DNA of 64,000 nt from Camelus ferus. Taxonomy: Eukaryota. A model generated the notes under the pieces. That model did no database searches and had not been told where the DNA came from. It was given only the letters and a program-made list of their open reading frames with translations. The stretch lies in contig NC_045696.1 in NCBI RefSeq assembly GCF_009834535.1, positions 39,372,001 through 39,436,000 of the forward strand, written 5' to 3'. The translations under genes were made by a program, and so were the position numbers. This document shows, in pieces, positions 14,179 to 26,300 of this stretch; positions within the stretch are counted from its first letter, which is position 1; every line of letters begins with the position of its first letter.

Positions 14179-15304
14179 TTTTAATGATGAGTTTTGAATA
14201 ATTATCTTTGCAGACTCTTATTCAAAATTAAAAGACTCAGTTTGCAGAAGAGGTCACTAAGGATCACTGGTAGGACCACCAAAGTCATTAACAGTCATTG
14301 GTATGACCCTGAAAACAAGCTCATCCATCCCAGGTCACTTGGGGGGAAGGTAAGACTGGAATCAATACTGCTTTTTCTCCAGAGCATGTACAGCTGTTAT
14401 AAGTTATAGCTAAGCTCAAAAATGCCTAATGTACAATAAGGAAATTGTGTCCATGTATGAAAAAAATGCAATGTAGATTAGACATAAGTCATGGTAGATT
14501 GTGTTGGGTATATAAGATGAGAGTCTAGAAAGTGGAAATCAGTGTAATCAGAGGCATACAGTTAATTTCATTAAGTAGCATTATTATACAATGCTTTAGA
14601 TAAAGGAGGAAAGAATTCACATATATGGGCAAGAAATCAACAGGAATAATGATGTGAACAGAGTCAGTGTTTATAGAAATGGGTATGACAATAAGGATAA
14701 AGAGGTCATGATCAAATATTCAATTACTTAGCTTTCTGAGTTTACTCTCCTTAAAACTGAATAGCCCTTTCATTAATCCTTAGTAATCTTCAAACAAGTC
14801 TTGATATAAATTTAACATATCTATTGTATGCTATTTTTAAATAGTCACTCAACTGGGAAAGTATATGAGAACTTATTGTTCAATGAAAAAGTTTATATGT
14901 ATGAAAAGTTGACTTTAAGTTCATTTTAAGGATCTTTAAAATAAAAATTGACACTGAAATTATGTGGGCAACTGAAATAAACATAAGTATCCTAAATTTA
15001 TTCACAAATATGTCAAATATATTTATATAAATTCATAAAACAAACCTTTTCCACTGCAAGCATCCTCCCTGTAATTATCGAAACAGTCTTGGGAATTCAG
15101 TTTCAGACTTGAAGTCATAGAAGCCCTTATGTTATAACGAATGTCCCCTAGAAGTCTGTGTGCCTGTATCAGAGAGAGTAGTAGAAGAAGCTTGATAACA
15201 ATCTCCCTTCTTATTTAAAAAGGAAATTTTAAAGGAAAAGTTAACTACATTCTAAATTAGAACCTTATGTCTCCATAATTCCTATCTCAACAGACAAGAC
15301 AGAG

Positions 15305-16231
15305 ATGACAGAGGATAACCACTCCTTGACAACAGAGTTTATCCTCACAGGATTCACAGATCACCCAGAGCTGAAGACTCTTCTGTTTCTGGTGTTCCTT
15401 ACCATCTATCTGATCACCATGTTGGGGAATCTTGGCCTGGTCGCATTGATATTTATGGAAAGTCGTCTTCACACACCAATGTATATCTTTCTCGGTAACC
15501 TTGCTCTGATGGATTCCTGCTGTTCCTGTGCCATTACTCCCAAGATGTTAGAGAACTTCTTTTCCAAGAACAGAATGATTTCTCTCTATGAATGCATGGC
15601 ACAATTTTACTTTCTCTGCCTTGCTGAAACTGCAGATTGCTTTCTCCTGGCATCAATGGCCTATGATCGTTTTGTGGCTATATGTAACCCACTGCAGTAC
15701 CACATTATGATGTCAAAGAAACTCTGCATTCAGATGACCACAGGGGCCTACTTAGCTGGAAACCTGCACTCCATAATTCACATAGGCCTTCTATTTAGGT
15801 TAAGGTTCTGTGGGTCTCATCAAATCAATCACTTTTTTTGTGATGTTCTTCCATTATACAGACTCTCCTGTGTTGATCCTTATATCAATGAATTGATGAT
15901 ATTTATCTTTTCAGGATCTGTTCAAACCTTCTCTATTACTATAGTAATAATTTCTTACCTTTTCATCCTTTTCACAATTTTCAAAATGAAATCCAAAGAG
16001 GGAAAAGGGAAAGCCTTATCTACTTGTGCATCTCACTTTCTCTCTGTCTCAATATTCTATGGTTCACTTCTCTTCGTGTACATTCGACCAAATTCAGTTA
16101 ATGAAGATGATAAAGATACACCCGTTGCTATTTTTTATACTCTAGTGATTCCTTTATTGAACCCTTTTATTTATAGCCTAAGGAATAAGGAAGTAATAAA
16201 TGTTATGAAAAAAATTAGGAAGAAGTTATAA
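15305..16231 (+). CDS. OR5K3: Olfactory receptor family 5 subfamily K, OR5K3-like, 308 aa, single coding exon
   Basis: Intact ORF with N-glycosylation site NHS and OR motifs [36 protein letters not shown] and [14 protein letters not shown]5K-type [18 protein letters not shown] and LCLAET. Acceptor ctcaacag ends at 15293. K3 versus K4 orthology is from recalled sequence only. Confidence 0.93.
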   Translation: MTEDNHSLTTEFILTGFTDHPELKTLLFLVFLTIYLITMLGNLGLVALIFMESRLHTPMYIFLGNLALMDSCCSCAITPKMLENFFSKNRMISLYECMAQFYFLCLAETADCFLLASMAYDRFVAICNPLQYHIMMSKKLCIQMTTGAYLAGNLHSIIHIGLLFRLRFCGSHQINHFFCDVLPLYRLSCVDPYINELMIFIFSGSVQTFSITIVIISYLFILFTIFKMKSKEGKGKALSTCASHFLSVSIFYGSLLFVYIRPNSVNEDDKDTPVAIFYTLVIPLLNPFIYSLRNKEVINVMKKIRKKL

Positions 16232-16609
16232 GATTCTGAAACAAATGTCAAGCCTTGTAGTCAAATGATTTTAATTTGATTAAAATTTTTCAAAATCAAG
16301 GAATACTGAGAAAGTGGAAAATGGCCACTATGTGTATAAAGTATTAAATTACTAAAACATAATGGTGTATGAGTCAAATAAACAAGTCCAGAAAGGAGAG
16401 ATTCTGCTAAAATGTAAAATGCATTCTAAAATCTAAGCTACTAGGTCTATCAAGAGTGAACTAAATAATTACTCTTGAGGTCACATTGTGTCAGGGTATA
16501 TTTAGTTACACTAGTAACATTTGATTCAGTCTTAGTGTCATTATCATCACCAAGAAATTTAACAATAATCAATATGAAGTTCACATTAAAAATTTTCCCA
16601 ATTAGCCCA

Positions 16610-17535
16610 CCTAAACATTCTCCCATGTTTTCTTCTAGGTTGATAGTTTTGAGTTTTACATTTAGATCTGTAACCTATTTTGGTTATTTTCTGCAAAATG
16701 TCTATGTCTAGGTTTTTTGCATATGGACACAAATTTGTTCCAGGACATATTTTTTGAAAGTCCATTCTTTATTGAATTGCCTTTGCTCCTTTGTCAAAGA
16801 TCAAATACATTTGTGTGGCTTTATTCTGGGCTCTTTATTCTTTCTTTGACCTCTGTGTCTATTCTTTCAGAAATACCATGCTGTTTTGATTTCTGTAGTT
16901 CTGTAATAAGTCTTGAAATCATGTAGTTTGAGTCCTCCAACTTTATTCTTCTTATTCATTGTTTTGTTGGCTATTCAAGTCTTGTGCCTTTCCACATAAA
17001 CTTTAGAAACAGTTTGCCAAATATAAATGGTACTGTTTGCACATTCATGTAGATTCGTGCTTGTGCATATTTTTTCATTACTCTTTAGATTTTAGCTAGG
17101 AGAGGAATTCTTGAATCATACTGGTAACTCTGTTTTGTCTTTGAAGAACTACTAGACTGTTTTCCAAAGTAGCTGTATTATTTTAATACTCCCAACAGCA
17201 GTGCATGAGTGTTCCAATTTGCTACAGCAGCAGCAGCACTTGTTATTGTCTATCTTTTTTTATTACAGCCATTATAGTTTATGCAAAGTGGAATGTCATT
17301 GTCATTTAGACTGATTTCCTGAATGGCTACTAATGTGGAGCATCTTGTCACGTACTATTAGACTCTATCTTATTTGGAGAAATGACTCTTCAGGATCCTT
17401 TGCCTTTTTACAACGGAGTAATTTGTTACTTTATTATTAAGTTGTAATTGTTCTTTATATTTGCTTGATACTGGATCATTTTCAAATATTGATTTCCATA
17501 TATTTTCTCCCATTCTATTGCTTATCTTTCACTTT
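16610..17535 (-). mobile_element. Old L1 fragments (two ORF2 pieces joined at about 17020)
   Basis: Antisense L1 ORF2 text, with an abrupt jump at about 17020 to the ORF2 C-terminal region. Confidence 0.75.
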
Positions 17536-17536
17536 C

Positions 17537-20500
17537 TTTTTTTTTAACTGAAGTATACTTGATTTACAATGTTCTGTTAGTTTCAGTGTATAGCAGAGAT
17601 TCAGATTTATAAATATGTATTTTTTTCAGATTTGCTTCCTTTATAGGTTATTACAAGATATTGAATACAATTCCCTGTACTACACAGTAGATTCTTGTTG
17701 TTGAACTATTTTATATATGGTAGTGTGCATATATTAATCCCAAACTCCTAATTTATCCCTTGACCACATTTTCCCCTTTGGTAATCATAAGTTTGTTTTT
17801 GGTGTCTGTGGGCTTATTTCTGGTTTGTAAATAAGTTCATTTGTATAATTTTTTAAGATTCTGCATAGAAGGGATATCATATGATATTTGTCTTTCTCTG
17901 TCTGACTGAATTCATTTAATATGATAATCTGTAGTTCCATCCACATTGTTGCAAGGGGATTTTTGCATTCTTTTCGTGGCTGAGTAATATTCCATTGTAT
18001 ATAAATATACCACATTTTCTTTATCCATTCATCTCCCATGTGGACATTTAGGTTGCTTCTATGTCTTGGTTATTGTAAACAGTGCTGCTGTTAACATTGG
18101 GGTGAATGTTCTTTTTGAATTAGAGATTTCGCCATATATATGCCCAGGAGTGGGTTTGCTGGGTCATATGGTAACTCTATTTTTAGTTTTTTAAGAAACT
18201 TCTGTAGTGCTCTCCATAGTGGCTGCACAAACTTACATCCTGACCAAGAGTGTAGGAGGGTTCCTTTTTCTCCACACCCTCTCCAGCATTTATCATTTGT
18301 GGACTTTTGAATGATGGCTATTTTGACTGGTGTGAGGTGATACCTCATTGTAGTTTTGATTTCCATGTCTCTAATAATGAGCAATGTTGAGCATCTTTTA
18401 ACGTGCCTGTTGGCATCTGTATGTCATTGATGGAGAAATGTTTATTTAGTCCTCTGCACATTTTTTGATTCGGTTGTTCGGTTTTTTTGGTATTAAACTA
18501 TATGACTTGTTTGTATATTTTGGAAATTAACCCCATGTCAGTCTCATTGCAAGTATTTTCTCCCATTCCTTCAGGTTGTCTTTTCATTTTGTTTATGGTT
18601 TCCTTTGCTGTGCAAAAGCTTTTAAGTTTAATCAGGTCCCATTTGCTTATTTTTGCTTTTATTTCCATTACTCTAGTAGATGGATCAAAAACAAAATATT
18701 GCTTTGATTTATTTTTGTCAAAAAGTGTTCTGCCTATGTTTTTCTCTAGGAGTTTTAGAGTATCCAGTGTTACATTTAGATATGTAATTTATTTTCAGTT
18801 TATTTTTGTATATCATGTTAGAGATAATTCTAAGTTCATCCTTTTACCTGTAGCTGTCTAGTTTTTTCAGCACCACTTATTGAAAAGACTGTCTTTTCTT
18901 CATTGTATATTCTTACCTTCTTTATCATAGATTGACTGTAAGTGCTTGGGTTTGTTTTTGGGCTTTCTATCTTGTTCCATGTATCTGTTTTTGTGCCACT
19001 ACCATACTGGTTTTGATTACTGTAACTTTGTAGTAGAATCTGAAGTCAGGAAGCATGCTTTCTCCAGCTTCATTCTTCTTTCTCAGGGTTGTTTTGGCTA
19101 TCCAGGGTCCTCTAAGTTTCCATACAAATTTTAAATTTTTCTTTTCTAGTTCTGTGAAAAATGCCACTGATAATTTGATAAGGATTACACTGAATCTATA
19201 GATTGCCCTAGGCAGTATGGTAATTTAAATGATATTGATTCTCCCAATCCAAGAACATGGTATATCTCTCCATCTGTTTCCATCATCTTCAATTTCCTTC
19301 ACCAGTGTCTTACCATTTTTGGAGTATAGGTCTCTTGACTCCTTAGGTAGGATTACTCCTAGGCATTTGTTTTTTGGGGGGGTTTTTTTTGGGGGGGGGG
19401 GTTATGTGATGGTAACTGGAATTGTTTCCATAATTTCTTTGTCTGATATTTTGTTGTTAGTGCATAGAATGCAACTGATTTCTGTAGATCAATTTTGTAT
19501 CCTGCAACTTTACCAAATTCATTGATGAGCTCTAGTAGTTCTCTGGTAGTGTCCTTAGGATTTTCTATGTATAGTATCATGTCATCTACCAACAGTGACA
19601 GTTTTACTTCTTTTCTAATTTGGATTTTAAAAAACTTCTCTTTCTCTTCCAATTGTGATGTATAGGACTGCCAAAATTATGTTGAATATAAGTCGTGAGA
19701 GTGAGCATCCTTGTCTTGTTCCTGATCTTAGAAGAAAGGCTTTCAGCTTTCCCCACTGAGTATGATGTTACCTGTGGGTTTGTCATGTATGGCCTTTATT
19801 ACGTTGAAGTCTGTTCCCTCTATGCAGTTTCTGGAGAGTTTTTATCATAAATGGAGGTTGAATTTTATCAAAAGCCTTTTCTGCATCTATTGAGATGACC
19901 ATGTGGTTTTTATTCTTCAATTTGTTAATGTGGTATATCACATTGTTTGTTTTGAAGATATTGAGAAATTCTTACATCTGTCGGCTAAATCCCAATTTGT
20001 CATGGTGTATATTCATTTTACTGTATTGTTGGATTGAGTTTGCTAGTATTTTGCTGAAGATTTTTGCATCTATGTTCATCAGTGATACTGACCTGTAATT
20101 TTGTCTAATTTTGGTATGAGGGTGATGGTGGTCTCATAGAATGAGTTTGGAAGTGTTCATTCCTTTGCAATTTTTTTGGAATACTTTAGAAGGATGGGCA
20201 TTAAGTCTCCTCTAATTGTTTGGATGAATTCACTCATGAAGCTGTCTGGTCCTGGACTTTTGTTTGTTGGGCGTTTTTTAAATTACTGGTTCAGTTTCAG
20301 TACTGGTAATTGATATGTTCCTATTTTCTATTTCTTCTTGGTTCAGTCTTAGGAGACTGTACCCAAGGGCCAGGGGCCAGCTGGTCCCAGGGTAGAGTCT
20401 GGCCTGCTTTTGTGGACTCATTCCACAGGCTGCAGGATTGTTCTTTTCTTGATTCTGGTGTCTGCCTTCCAGTGGGTGAGGCTGGTCTAGAGGCTTGCAC

Positions 20501-21358
20501 AGGTTTCCTGGCAGGAGAGGCTGATAGCTTCCTGCTGGAGGGTGGAGCTGATATTGGCCATCTGGTGGGCAGGGCTGTGTCTAGGGGCATATCTGGAGGC
20601 AGTCATGGGCTCAGGAAGTCTCTAGGCAGCCTGTCTACTGATTGGTGGGGCTCTGTCCCCATCTAGTTAGTTGTTTGGCCTGAGGCATCTCTCTATTGTA
20701 TCCTACAGGCTTTTGGGTAGGGTCAGGGCTTGGTGCTAATGATCCAAGCAATGTCTGCCTCCAGAAAGCAGGGCTTCATGCAGATGAATACTCCCTGATA
20801 TATCCTCTGCCAGTTTTTATGTCCCCAGGGTGAGCCACAGCTTGCCCCCTCCAACCGCTCCAGGAGACCCTCCAAGACCAGCAGGTAGATCTGGCCCAGA
20901 CTCCTACGAAATTACTGCTTTTGCCCTTGATCCCAGTGAGCATGAGATTTTGCATGCATCCTTTAAGAGGGAAATCTCTTTTTCCCCCAGTCCTGTGGAG
21001 CTCTTGCAATTAAGCCCTGCTGGACTTCAAAGCCAAATACTCTAGAGGCTCCCTTCCTGGTGCTAGCCCCCTAAGCTGGGGAGCCTGATGTGGGGCTCAG
21101 AACTCTCACTTCTGTGGGACACTCTCTGCAATACATTCTCCAATTTGTGGGTCACCCATCTGGGGTGAATAAGATTTGATTGAGTTTGCCTCTCCTACCC
21201 CTTTTGTTGTGTTTTCTTCTTTATGTCTTTAGTTATGGAAGAACTTTTCTGGTAGGTTCCAGTCTTTTTGTCAATAGTTGTTCTGCAATTAGTTATGATT
21301 TTGGTATGTTCATGAGAGGAGGTGAGCTCCAGCTCCTTCTACTCTGACATCTTGGCTT
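17537..21358 (-). mobile_element. Younger L1 with 5'UTR (about 20364-21358) joined directly to mid-ORF2; ORF1 and the endonuclease region are missing
   Basis: Poly-T at about 17537 and ORF2 fragments ([30 protein letters not shown]). Switch to GC-rich 5'UTR at about 20363, ending in the L1 5'-end signature ttctactctgacatcttgg. Confidence 0.88.
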
Positions 21359-21369
21359 CCACACACATT

Positions 21370-21980
21370 GTATTTCTTATAATCCATGGTATTTCTGTAC
21401 ATTTGACACAGTAAAGTCCTCTCATTTCTGAATTTATTAATTTGTCTTCTCTGTTTTGTTCTTGGTAGTTTAATTAAAGGCTGTTATTAAGCTTCTTAAA
21501 GAGCTAGTCTTTGGGCATGTTACTTTTCACTACTGTTTTCTATTCTCTGTTTCATTATTTTCGTCTCTAATATTTATAATTTCTTTCTCTTTCTTGCTTT
21601 ATTTTTAGTTTCCTCTTATATTCCTTTAGGTAGAGTTTTAAGCTATTTATTTCAGATCTTTGTCTCTATAAAATAGATGCTTGAATACTATAAATTTCCC
21701 TCTGGCACTGCTTTAGCTTCATACCATGTACTTAGATATGTTGTGACATTATTTCCACTTATCTCAAACTATTTTATACTTTCCTTGTGCTTTCTTCTCT
21801 GAACCATTGATTAATTGAGAGTGCATTGTGAAATCTTCATTTACTTGTGAGTTGCTCAAATTTTTGAGGTTTTTACCATAAATGAGTGTTGGAATTTTTG
21901 AAATGAAAATATTTGCTATGATCAGTTGATATGATTACAAGATTTCTTTTTTAGTCTACTGATGTAAAGGATTATATTTG
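21370..21980 (-). mobile_element. Old L1 ORF2 fragments
   Basis: Antisense L1 text (ataaatttccctctggcactgctttagct). Confidence 0.6.
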
Positions 21981-22109
21981 TTTCTCTGTAGTCAATTTAA
22001 ATAGTATAAATAGGAATTAGACTTTTGGTTGGGTACCAAATTAATAAATACACCTCATGAATTTCTAATTATTTTAATTCTCATATGTTTTCCTTTATTA
22101 TACAAAAAT

Positions 22110-23330
22110 ATCCTAAGAATCATCTGGAAAAATAAATGCTTGCTGAGCTTTTAAATACTGTAGAATGAGTGAAAATAAAGCAACATGGTATATTATCAAG
22201 ATATACTAGGAGATATAAGAAACCAAATAAAAGTACAGAAATAAACACAAACTACCTAAAAATTCAGAATATGACAAAGGTATAATTTCAAATCAATAGA
22301 GAATGGTGGTGTTTTGAAAACTGAAATGTCATTGAAAAATAAGATTCGATCTTTATATACACCTTATACCAAAATATATTTCATGTGAACTGAAAATATA
22401 AGAATCAATACAGAATATAAATAATAGAAGTAATCTTCAGAGAGGAAAGGACTTATTACAAAAACACCAAATCTAGAAATCATAACATAATAATTGATGT
22501 ATACAATTCTCTTAATTATTGTCTGTTTGCCCTCAATCCATTTCCCTACTTCCTCTCCTGTATTGTGTTTCACAATCTATGAACACTGTAAACTCTATTT
22601 CTCAGATTTCCAAATATTTCTGGCTAGACTTGGAAAATTGGAGGCACTGATAAGCTGGAGAGTGGGAGACAAGAAACCACAATATTTCTCCCTCTTTCTC
22701 TGCTATACACAGTGTTTCCAACACAAGCTGCATCTTCTTACTGAGTACAGTTTCTGCAGGAAAACTGCTCAGGTGGCTGAAATCATGGGATCTGTTAACA
22801 CCACTCATTCCTGTTGGAGCTTCCCATCATTAGTAATATTTGGGTTGCTTTACTATACCCTATTTGACTTTTTGCTTTTACCACCTTTTTGAATTGTTTA
22901 TTAAATTAAAATTTTCTCTTTTTAACTAGTGGCCAAGGTCTCAATTCTCCCTGACTTGATCCTCTTACAGTGACTATGTAAATTTTTTTAACTTTTATAT
23001 AATAATAAACAGAGTTAACAGTCAAATAAAAATGTAAGGAAAAAATATTTAAGACATTTATGAGGGGAAGAAAAAGTTTAACACATTTACTCTACAAAGA
23101 GCTCTTACTCCATGAATAACTGAAAAATTGTGCTGAACACTGGAATTTGACGCAACATTGTAAAATGATTATATATCAATAAAAAATGTTTAAAAAAAAG
23201 AGCTCTTACAATTAGTATAATAAAGCAAACAACTGAATAGAAAGAAGGATCAATGGATATTCAAATAATAAAGAAATTAAAATGGCCAGTAAGAAAATAC
23301 ATTTATTTCAATTTAAAATAAAGAAATTCT
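22110..23330 (+). mobile_element. Very old L1 (L1ME-like) ORF2 3' fragment, interrupted by an LTR at about 22498-22969
   Basis: Degenerate sense L1 text (cagaaataaacac...atatgacaaagg...accttataccaaaat) resumes after the LTR. Confidence 0.55.
22498..22969 (+). mobile_element. Ancient ERVL-type solo LTR (LTR33-like)
   Basis: TG...CA ends. Motifs such as ctctatttctcagatt, ggaggcactg...ggagagtgggag and ctccctctttctctg resemble recalled LTR33-type consensus. Confidence 0.5.
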
Positions 23331-23340
23331 GCTCTTTCTA

Positions 23341-26300
23341 AAATACCATGATGTATTTATTACTGTAGTTCTACAGTCTGGCTTGCATTCAAGTAATGTG
23401 AGTCCTTCAACTGTATTCTTCTTCTTCAGTATTTTGTTGAATCTTTCTGTCTTATGCTTTTCCATACAAATGTTAGAACCAGTTTTTCAATTATGAATAA
23501 TGCTGCTCTGAAGATTTGTATAAGTTTGTATATGGACATATGTTTTCATTTCTCTTGTGTACATACCTTCGGGTGGAAATGCTGGCTCATATAAATGGCA
23601 AATCTTTGTGTAGCATTTTCAGAAACTGCTATACTGTTTTCCAAAGTAGCTCCACCATTTTACATTCCCAACATCAGAGCGTGAGGCTTCCAATAACGCC
23701 ACATCAGCAACAGTACTTGTTACTGTTGGCCTTTTTATGAGAACTTTATATTTCATGTAAAGCAGTATCTTACTGTGGGTTTCACTGATTTCCTTGGCTA
23801 ATAATGTTGAGCATCTTGTCATGAACTGTTGACCTGCATCTTCTTTGGAGAAATGACAATTCAGAATTCTTTGCCATTTTTATAATGGGGTAATTTATGA
23901 TTTTATTACTATTTTCTATTTTCTACATACAAGTTCATTTTCAATTTTAAGATTTCCATATATTTTCTCTCACTCTATTGGTTGTCTTTCTTGATGCCGG
24001 CCTCTAAAGCAAAAAGAGTTTAATGTTGATGAAGTCTAGTTTGTTTAACATATTGCCTGTGTTCTTGGTGTCATATTTAAGCAACAATTGCACAATACAA
24101 TGTCACAAATATTTACACCTATGCTTTTCCTAAGAGTTTTAAAGCTTTAGCTTTCACTCTTTAGCTATTTAATCTAACATACGTTAACTTCTGTTTCTGT
24201 TTGGAGCAGGGGTTCGAAATCATTATTTTGCATGTGGATATCTCACTGCCATAGCACCATTTGTTGAAGAGACTATTCTTTCCCCCATTTAAATTACCTG
24301 GCTTTCTTGTTAAAAAATCAACTGCCCACAATTAGAGGGTACATTTCAGGAACCTCATCTGTTTTCCATTGATCTATAATGTTGAGCTTTGTGCTGGTAA
24401 CAAGTTGTTGTGATTATTGTAGTTTTTAAATAGGTTTTGAAATCCAAAGTATGAGTTCCCCTGCTTTATTCTTCTTATTCAAGACTATATTGGCTGTTTT
24501 GAGCCCCTGTGAGTTTTAGGATCAACCTGCCAGTTTCTACAAAGAACCAAGCTGAGATTTTCATAGTTATTACCTTGCATTTTTAGATCAATTTGAGGTG
24601 CACTGCTATTTTAACAATATTAAGACATCTGATCCATAAACACAAGATGTCTTTCCATTTACTTCTACCTTCTTGAATTTCTTTCAACAATGTATTTTAG
24701 TTTTCAGTATAAGTATTGTACTTCTTTTCTTAAATGTGTTCCTAAGTATTTTCTTTTTGATGCTACTAAAATGAGATTGTTTTCAAAATTTCCCTTTTGC
24801 GTTGTTCATTGCAAAGGTACAAAACAAATTCAATGTACATGTATTAATCTTATTTCCTGAAAGCTTGCCAACTTATTAGTTCTAACAGTTTTTTTAAGTT
24901 GCCTCTTTAAGATTTTTTATATACAAGATTATGTCATCTGCAGAAACAGGTACATTTTTCACTTCTTCCTTTCCATACTTAATGCCTTTCATTCCATATC
25001 TTGCCTAGTTGATCTGACTAGAACTTTCAGTACAATGTTGATTAGTAATAGCAAGAGCAGATATTCTCATCTATATCTCAATTTAGGAAGAAAATTTTCT
25101 GTCTTTCACCAATGAGTATAATGTTAGCTGTGACTTTTTTTTTTCATAAGTGTCTTTTATTGAGTTTCATAAGTTCTCTTATATACCTAATCTCTCTCAT
25201 GTTTTTCTCATCATAAAATGGTGCAAAATTTTGTGAAACATTTTTCTTTCTCTTTTGATACATTATGGTTTTTGTCATTTTGTCTATTGATATGATTTTT
25301 ACTTAATGCCTTTTTTGAAGGTTAAACCAACCTTGCATTCATGAAGTAAAATTCATTTGGTTATTATGTATAATTCTTTTTATATGTTGCTGGATTAAAT
25401 AAATTTTGAGAATTTTGCATGTATATTCTAACACATATTGGTTCTGGTGATTTATTTGTCTGGTTTGGGAATCAGAACAAATTTGTATTTATTTCTGTGG
25501 TAACAGTTTTACTTCTCCTCTTTAATTTCTTATTTCACTTATTTGGGTTCTGTCTCTTCTCAGTGAACCTTGGGAACATAATTGTTTGTCAATTTTGTTT
25601 TCTTTAAAAAAAAAAAAAAACAGCTTTTGGTTTTCCTGATCTTTTCTATTCTGTTTTCCTTCTCTATTTTAATTATTTCCTCTCTGATTTTTATCATTTC
25701 TTTCCTTCTGCTGACTTTCAGGTTTATTCTTCTTTTCTAATTTTTTTAGATGGTAGGTTAGGTTGTTTGAGTTTTCCTTGATTCTGGGAGGCCTGTATTG
25801 CTATGAACTTCCCTCTTAGATCTGGTTTTACAGCACTTCAGACTTTTTTTTAAAGCTGTGTTTTTATTTTGATTTGTCTTGAGGTATTTTCTGATTTCTC
25901 TTTTGATTTCATCATTAATTTTTGCGTTTTGTGTAGCATGTTATTTAGTCTCCATTTGTTTCTTCTTTTCCTGTTTTTGTTAATGTGGATGATTTCTCAT
26001 TTTAAAACATTTTGGTCAGAAAACATGCTTGAAATAATCTGTATCCTCTTAAACTTGTTGAAGCTTGTTTTGTAACCTAGTATTTGGCCTATCTTAGAGG
26101 ATGGTCCATGCAACTTGAAATGAATGTGTATTCAGCTTTTTTAGATGTAGTGTCCTGTAGATATGAATTAGGTCCAATCTGTCTATTGTGTCATTTAGGA
26201 TCTCTGTTGCATTACTTATTTTCTGTCTAGATGATCTGTCCATTGATGTCAATGGGGTGTTTAAAGCCTCCTACTATTATGTTATTGCCAATTTCTCCCT

